Positions 61,616-64,000 of a stretch of 64,000 nt of DNA are shown here, one piece after another. The first letter of the stretch is position 1. Every line of letters begins with the position of its first letter. A model generated the notes under the pieces. That model saw only the letters and a program-made list of their open reading frames with translations. It was not told where the DNA came from and ran no database searches. The stretch is from assembly GCF_016717175.1 (NCBI RefSeq), contig NZ_JADKFZ010000003.1. One strand, written 5' to 3'. A program made the translations under genes and the position numbers. Source of the stretch: Nannocystis sp. Lineage in GTDB: Bacteria; Myxococcota_A; Polyangia; Nannocystales; Nannocystaceae.

Positions 61616-63556
61616 GTGCTACCCTGCGCGGGCTCCATGGCCGCCAGCTCCCCGCGCCCTGCACCTGCCGTCTCGTCCGGCGTCCCCCCGTCAGGCGGCC
61701 CGTCAGGCGGCTCGTCAGGACCTGTCCGTTCGGAGGCCGCGGAGGCGGTCGACACCGTCAAGCCCGTCGAGCGACTGCGCCGCGTGTTCCGCTACGCGCG
61801 GCCGTACCGCGGGCGCCTGACCATCGCCCTGGTCTGCCTCTTCATCGCCTCCGGCCTCGGCCTGGTCCACCCGTACTTCTTCGGTGAGCTCGCCGGCGCC
61901 GCCTTCACCAGCGGCGCCGTGACCGATCACAGCGCGGCCTACCGCGCGCTGGCCGAGAACTCCATCGCCCTGGTCCTGGTGTTCCTCGCCCAGGCCGTCT
62001 TCATCTTCTTTCGCCACTTCTACATGACCTGGATCGGCGAGCGGGTGGTCACCGACCTGCGCATCGACCTCTATCGCCACCTGGCGACGATGCCGCAGAG
62101 CTACTTCCACAGCACCCGCACCGGCGAGCTCATCTCCCGCCTCGCCGATGATGTCACCCGCCTGCAGAACACGGTCGGCCAGGACCTCAGCATCTTCCTG
62201 CGCAACGTGCTGATGCTGATCGGCGGCGTGGCGATCCTGTTCTACATGAACTGGCTGCTGACCGCGGCGATGCTCGCCGTCGTGCCCGCGCTGATGATCG
62301 CCGCCAACTATTGGAGCCGCATCATCCGCGAGATCAGCCGCCAGGCCCAGGACGAGCTGGCCCGCGCCTCCGGGGCGCTGCAAGAGGGCCTGTCCGCCAT
62401 CGAGACCGTCCAGGCCTTCACCCGCGAGCGCTTCGAGGTCGACCGCTACGGCGCCGCGCTCGAGCGCACCTTCGGTCTGTTCATCCGCCGCACCCTGGCC
62501 CGCAGCTGGTTCGCGTCCGTGATCTCCTTCTTCGCCTTCGTCTCGATCGCCGGGGTGTTCTGGCTCGGCGGCAGCATGGTCATCGAGGGCACGATCACGG
62601 CCAGCAACCTGATGAGCTTCCTGCTCTACACGCTGATCGTCGCCGGCGCCGTCGGTGCCCTCGCCGAGCTGTTCGGCGGCCTCCAGTCGACCTTCGGCGC
62701 GACCGCCCGCATCTTCGAGATCCTCGACACGCCGCCCGACATCGCCGACCCGCCCGCGCCGGTCGCCACGCCGGCATTGCGCGGCGCGATCGAGTTCGCC
62801 GGCGTCTCCTTCACCTACCGCGACCGCGAGGTCCCCGTGGTCCAGGGCATCGACCTGCGCGTCGAGCCCGGTGAGGTGTGCGCCCTGGTCGGCCCCAGCG
62901 GCTCCGGCAAGACCACCCTCGGCCGCCTCGTCCTGCGCTTCTGGGACCCGAGCGAGGGCAGCGTCCGCCTCGACGGCCACGACCTGCGTACGCTCCGACT
63001 CGCCGACCTGCGCGGCGTGATGGCGATCGTCTCGCAGGACCCGGTGCTGTTCAGCGGGACGATCCGCGAGAACATCCGCTACGGCCGCCTCGACGCCAGC
63101 GACGCCGAGATCGAGGCCGCCGCGCGGGCGGCCAACGCCGACGGCTTCATCCGCGAATTCCCGGAGGGCTACGCCACCGTCGTCGGCGAGCGCGGCGTCA
63201 AGCTCAGCGGCGGCCAGCGCCAGCGCGTCTCGATCGCCCGCGCGATCCTCCGCGACCCGCGGGTGCTCATCCTCGACGAGGCCACCTCGGCGCTCGACAG
63301 CCAGAGCGAGCACCTCGTGCAGGAGGCGCTGGAGAAGCTGCAGAAGGGCCGCACCACCCTCGTCATCGCCCACCGCCTCAGCACCATCCGCGACGCCGAT
63401 CGCATCGTCGTCCTCGACCACGGTCACATCGTTGAGGTCGGCCGCCACGAGGCCCTGATGGCCCAGCACGGCACCTACGCCCGCCTGGTCGCGCGCCAGG
63501 CCGCCGCCGCCGCGGACGAGATCACCAGCGCCAACGCCACCGTGGCGAGCGCCTGA
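61616..63556 (+). CDS. ABC exporter, fused permease/ATPase (MsbA-like); alternative ATG at 61637
   Basis: ORF 61616..63556. Six-TM domain plus Walker [24 protein letters not shown] signature, Walker [12 protein letters not shown]-loop. Confidence 0.85.
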   Translation: MLPCAGSMAASSPRPAPAVSSGVPPSGGPSGGSSGPVRSEAAEAVDTVKPVERLRRVFRYARPYRGRLTIALVCLFIASGLGLVHPYFFGELAGAAFTSGAVTDHSAAYRALAENSIALVLVFLAQAVFIFFRHFYMTWIGERVVTDLRIDLYRHLATMPQSYFHSTRTGELISRLADDVTRLQNTVGQDLSIFLRNVLMLIGGVAILFYMNWLLTAAMLAVVPALMIAANYWSRIIREISRQAQDELARASGALQEGLSAIETVQAFTRERFEVDRYGAALERTFGLFIRRTLARSWFASVISFFAFVSIAGVFWLGGSMVIEGTITASNLMSFLLYTLIVAGAVGALAELFGGLQSTFGATARIFEILDTPPDIADPPAPVATPALRGAIEFAGVSFTYRDREVPVVQGIDLRVEPGEVCALVGPSGSGKTTLGRLVLRFWDPSEGSVRLDGHDLRTLRLADLRGVMAIVSQDPVLFSGTIRENIRYGRLDASDAEIEAAARAANADGFIREFPEGYATVVGERGVKLSGGQRQRVSIARAILRDPRVLILDEATSALDSQSEHLVQEALEKLQKGRTTLVIAHRLSTIRDADRIVVLDHGHIVEVGRHEALMAQHGTYARLVARQAAAAADEITSANATVASA

Positions 63557-63641
63557 CAAGCCCCCGCGCGGACCCAGGCCCCCGTGCCTCTGGATCCGGC
63601 CTGGATCCGATCCTGGGGGGCGTGTTACTCCTCGCGCCACC

Positions 63642-64000
63642 ATGGCCAGCGCCGACGAGCCCCGCGAGAGCGAGCTGATGCAGAAGATCGTGTCCCTGTG
63701 CAAGCGCAGGGGCTTCGTGTTCCAGAGCTCCGAGATCTACGGCGGCCTGCGCTCGGCATACGACTACGGCCCGATGGGCGTCGAGCTCAAGCGCAACCTG
63801 ATGAGCGAGTGGTGGCGCTTCATGGTCCACAGCCGCGAGGACGTGGTCGGCATCGACGCGTCGATCATCATGCACCCCGACGTGTGGAAGTCGAGCGGCC
63901 ACCTCGCCAACTTCTCGGACCCGCTGGTCGACTGCAAGGTCTGTGGCGAGCGCTTCCGGGCTGACAAGGCGCCGAAGCTGGCTGAAGGCGCCGACGCCCC
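63642..64000 (+). CDS. glyQS: Glycine-tRNA ligase (alpha2-type), 5' part only, continues beyond the window
   Basis: Own translation [58 protein letters not shown]... matches the conserved GlyRS N-terminus. No stop before the window end. Confidence 0.7.
   Translation, partial: MASADEPRESELMQKIVSLCKRRGFVFQSSEIYGGLRSAYDYGPMGVELKRNLMSEWWRFMVHSREDVVGIDASIIMHPDVWKSSGHLANFSDPLVDCKVCGERFRADKAPKLAEGADA

Overview
This is a ~70% GC chromosomal window that looks myxobacterial (inference from a MYXO-CTERM-type sorting tail, many lipoproteins, multiple Hanks-type Ser/Thr kinases, a sigma-54 activator and a Che-like cluster). Most of it is densely packed core and housekeeping genes. Recognisable genes in order: a partial lipoprotein, a DAGK/YegS-like lipid kinase, a family S46 dipeptidyl-peptidase lipoprotein, yacG, ffh (with an unusual Gly/Met-rich repetitive C-terminal extension), a vWA-domain membrane protein, a frameshifted glycoside-hydrolase-like lipoprotein, a PHP-domain metallophosphoesterase with a Cys-motif/TM/Arg-rich C-terminal sorting tail, tsaB and rseP (1-nt overlap), a PA14-like lipoprotein, bioA, a Cys-rich LDLa/EGF-like lipoprotein, a five-gene run ending in a sigma-54 activator plus a TPR/HATPase sensor plus a stand-alone receiver, hotdog thioesterases, a MutH/Sau3AI-like endonuclease, an OPT transporter, an M23 peptidase, gpsA, two Ser/Thr kinases (one with PEGA domains), hemW-hrcA-grpE-dnaK-dnaJ, ribH-nusB, a ten-gene translationally coupled chemosensory-like cluster with no receptor gene in the window (cheY-cheA-cheW-cheW-pseudo-receiver-HEAT-cheR-cheB-GAF-cheY), a XerC/D-type recombinase, several Thr/Gly-rich lipoproteins including one with thrombospondin-type-3 repeats, an ABC exporter, and the start of glycine-tRNA ligase. 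No rRNA, tRNA, CRISPR or obvious mobile element was seen. The most unusual sequence-level signals: (a) tandem duplications that repeatedly sit exactly on gene termini (74 bp x3 across the dnaK stop/dnaJ start; 79 bp x2 carrying the stops of two convergent genes; ~30 bp x3 on a thioesterase stop; 9-14 bp microsatellites starting inside stop codons), (b) a recurring CTGTCCC-N-GGGACAG palindrome just after three stop codons, (c) the Che cluster without a receptor, and (d) the sigma-54 activator/TPR-HATPase/receiver module. Many long Arg/Ala/Pro-rich ORFs in the six-frame track are wrong-frame or antisense artefacts of the high GC content and were not called.
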